From Pseudovirgaria hyperparasitica (taxonomy: Eukaryota), in the NCBI GenBank assembly GCA_010093815.1, contig ML996566.1: DNA of 64,000 nucleotides; one strand, given 5' to 3'. Below the pieces are notes generated by a model that saw only the letters and a program-made list of their open reading frames with translations, made no database searches and had not been told where the DNA came from. Below, in pieces: positions 62,503 through 64,000 of the stretch (the first letter of the stretch is position 1; each line of letters begins with the position of its first letter). A program made the translations under genes and the position numbers.

Positions 62503-62876
62503 GAGACAAGTATATTTTTCTTTCTGTATAGAGCTCGGGTACATATTATGGATATATTTTAGATAGCAGGACAGGGGCAGGGGTCCACCGATCGCCGACG
62601 TACCTCCGCGCGCAATTCCTACAGTACTACTAATATATGTATCCTTAGGTATATTTGCTTTATAGTACTCTGATTATCAGACATAAGTAGTTTGTAATTA
62701 AAGGCGACGTCGTAGAACTATACTATGAAGATGATTGTAGATTAGCGATCAGTGATTATCTTGGACCCCTATTAGGAGTTATTCATGTACACAGCGTGGA
62801 TACAATAATAGGACATCAATAAGGGTCGTTCGCCGCCAAGTCTTCAGAGCGAGACAGGATAAGAGAGATCCATCCG

Positions 62877-63219
62877 TCTGTAACTATGGATTTTAGCGCG
62901 ACTCTTGGCACGCGTTTTTCGCGCATCTTCGCATGGATTCTTGAAACCCCATAATTACTATTCTTAATACCTATATGATTCCTAGAGAAGAATTAGAGAA
63001 GACAGGTCAAATATAGATTTCTCGATTTTTCTTCCTTTATAGACCTTTCAAACTATGAAACGGTCTAAGAAATATTCTTAAATATAAGATAAGTATAACA
63101 GCACCTAACACTATCTTTTATATAGATATATCTAGAGATTTAGATTTTATAACCTAGTAAAAGGAGGATAGTGTTTGCGCGCGACGCGTGCCAGGAGTCG
63201 CGCTGAAAAAAGTTACAGA
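62877..63219. mobile_element. MITE-like (or solo-LTR-like) element with approx 40-bp terminal inverted repeats
   Basis: Left end TCTGTAACT..TTTTAGCGCGACTCTTGGCACGCGT matches the reverse complement of the right end, TCTGTAACT..TTCAGCGCGACTCCTGGCACGCGT. AT-rich non-coding interior. No clear target-site duplication. Confidence 0.65.
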
Positions 63220-63596
63220 ATGTCTTGTCTGGTACACAGCTCGCGACTACTTCAAGATTCATGGTTCAGTCACTCATCAACCAACAAAGTAACAGCTCAT
63301 TTGTAGTGTTCATCCAACCATTCATTGTCTGAATCGAAACTGCACAATCCTTCCTTTGTTACCACAATCCCATATAACGCCTCTCCATCGCATTACTATT
63401 CCCTTTGGCCGAACGCCCTGTGGCCCGCGGGTATCAAGAATGAAAAATTCCAATGCTTATCAGACACTCTATGCGTACGCACGAGAACAGAAAGGATGCA
63501 AAGAAGCACACTAAGTAGCCACTTCCGTAGACGAATTGGCCAGAAGAACATGAGAAACCCCAAATGGAGCCACGTCTAGAATACCCCAGGCTGTTT

Positions 63597-64000
63597 TTAC
63601 AGCACAAATGCAACAACACCAGCAAGCAATGCACCAAAGCCGAAGCTTGTCTTGATCACACTACCAGCACCTTGAGACGGGCTCGGCTCAGAGCCAGTGG
63701 GTGTCGCCGGAGGGTTGTAAGTCGGGGCGCCGGTAGGGGGCGCAGTGCCATTCGGACCAACGACCGACGAAAAACCACCAGAAGGTGAAGGTGAACCGGT
63801 ACCGACAGGGGATGCCGGAGTGCCAGCGGTGAGCATGGTGAAGTTGGCGCAAGTGATACGAGTGCTGTTGGAATAGTGGATCACGATGGAACGGTTGCCA
63901 AAGAAAGCGCCGATGCCCTCCTTGAGCGAGGCGTACTGATCGTCGTACGACGCGGTGAATGATGTGCCGCTCATGGCCCCGTGCTTGCCTGAGAGATCAC
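63597..64000 (-). CDS. GPI-anchored Cu-only superoxide dismutase-like protein (SOD4/5-type), 3' part only
   Basis: DLSGKHG...FFGNRSIVIH...TRITCANF, followed by an S/T/P-rich stalk and a hydrophobic GPI signal (GFGALLAGVVAFVL). The gene continues beyond the window. Confidence 0.85.
   Translation of the reverse strand, partial: DLSGKHGAMSGTSFTASYDDQYASLKEGIGAFFGNRSIVIHYSNSTRITCANFTMLTAGTPASPVGTGSPSPSGGFSSVVGPNGTAPPTGAPTYNPPATPTGSEPSPSQGAGSVIKTSFGFGALLAGVVAFVL

Overview
Eukaryotic, intron-containing DNA from a filamentous ascomycete (inferred from Zn2Cys6 factors, short GT-AG introns with CTRAY branch sites and Pezizomycotina-type genes). About 29 protein-coding genes (the last truncated by the window end) and two tRNA genes (Ile-AAT with a 25-nt intron, Ser-AGA). 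The housekeeping backbone comprises a G-patch protein, TRM11, Pol lambda, HIR1, RPL1, ARF1, MOB2 and LEO1. The most interesting accessory block is a compact five-gene island at 20.8-30.0 kb: GNAT, atypical Zn-cluster TF, TauD-like 2OG-Fe(II) oxygenase, a kinase-like protein whose catalytic Asp is Glu, and a hemerythrin. It has no PKS/NRPS/terpene backbone gene. Also notable: a CYP504-fahA-hmgA aromatic catabolic cluster; a candidate H/ACA snoRNA at 42.5 kb; a GC-AG intron in HIR1; two further probable pseudo-enzymes (His-less acid phosphatase, secreted zincin-like protein lacking HExxH); an orphan CaaX protein; an intronless bacterial-type D-aminopeptidase; and a ~340-bp inverted-repeat element in an AT-rich, RIP-like region. 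Gene models were assembled by eye, so exon boundaries need RNA-seq confirmation. Family assignments rest on motif recognition, not database searches.
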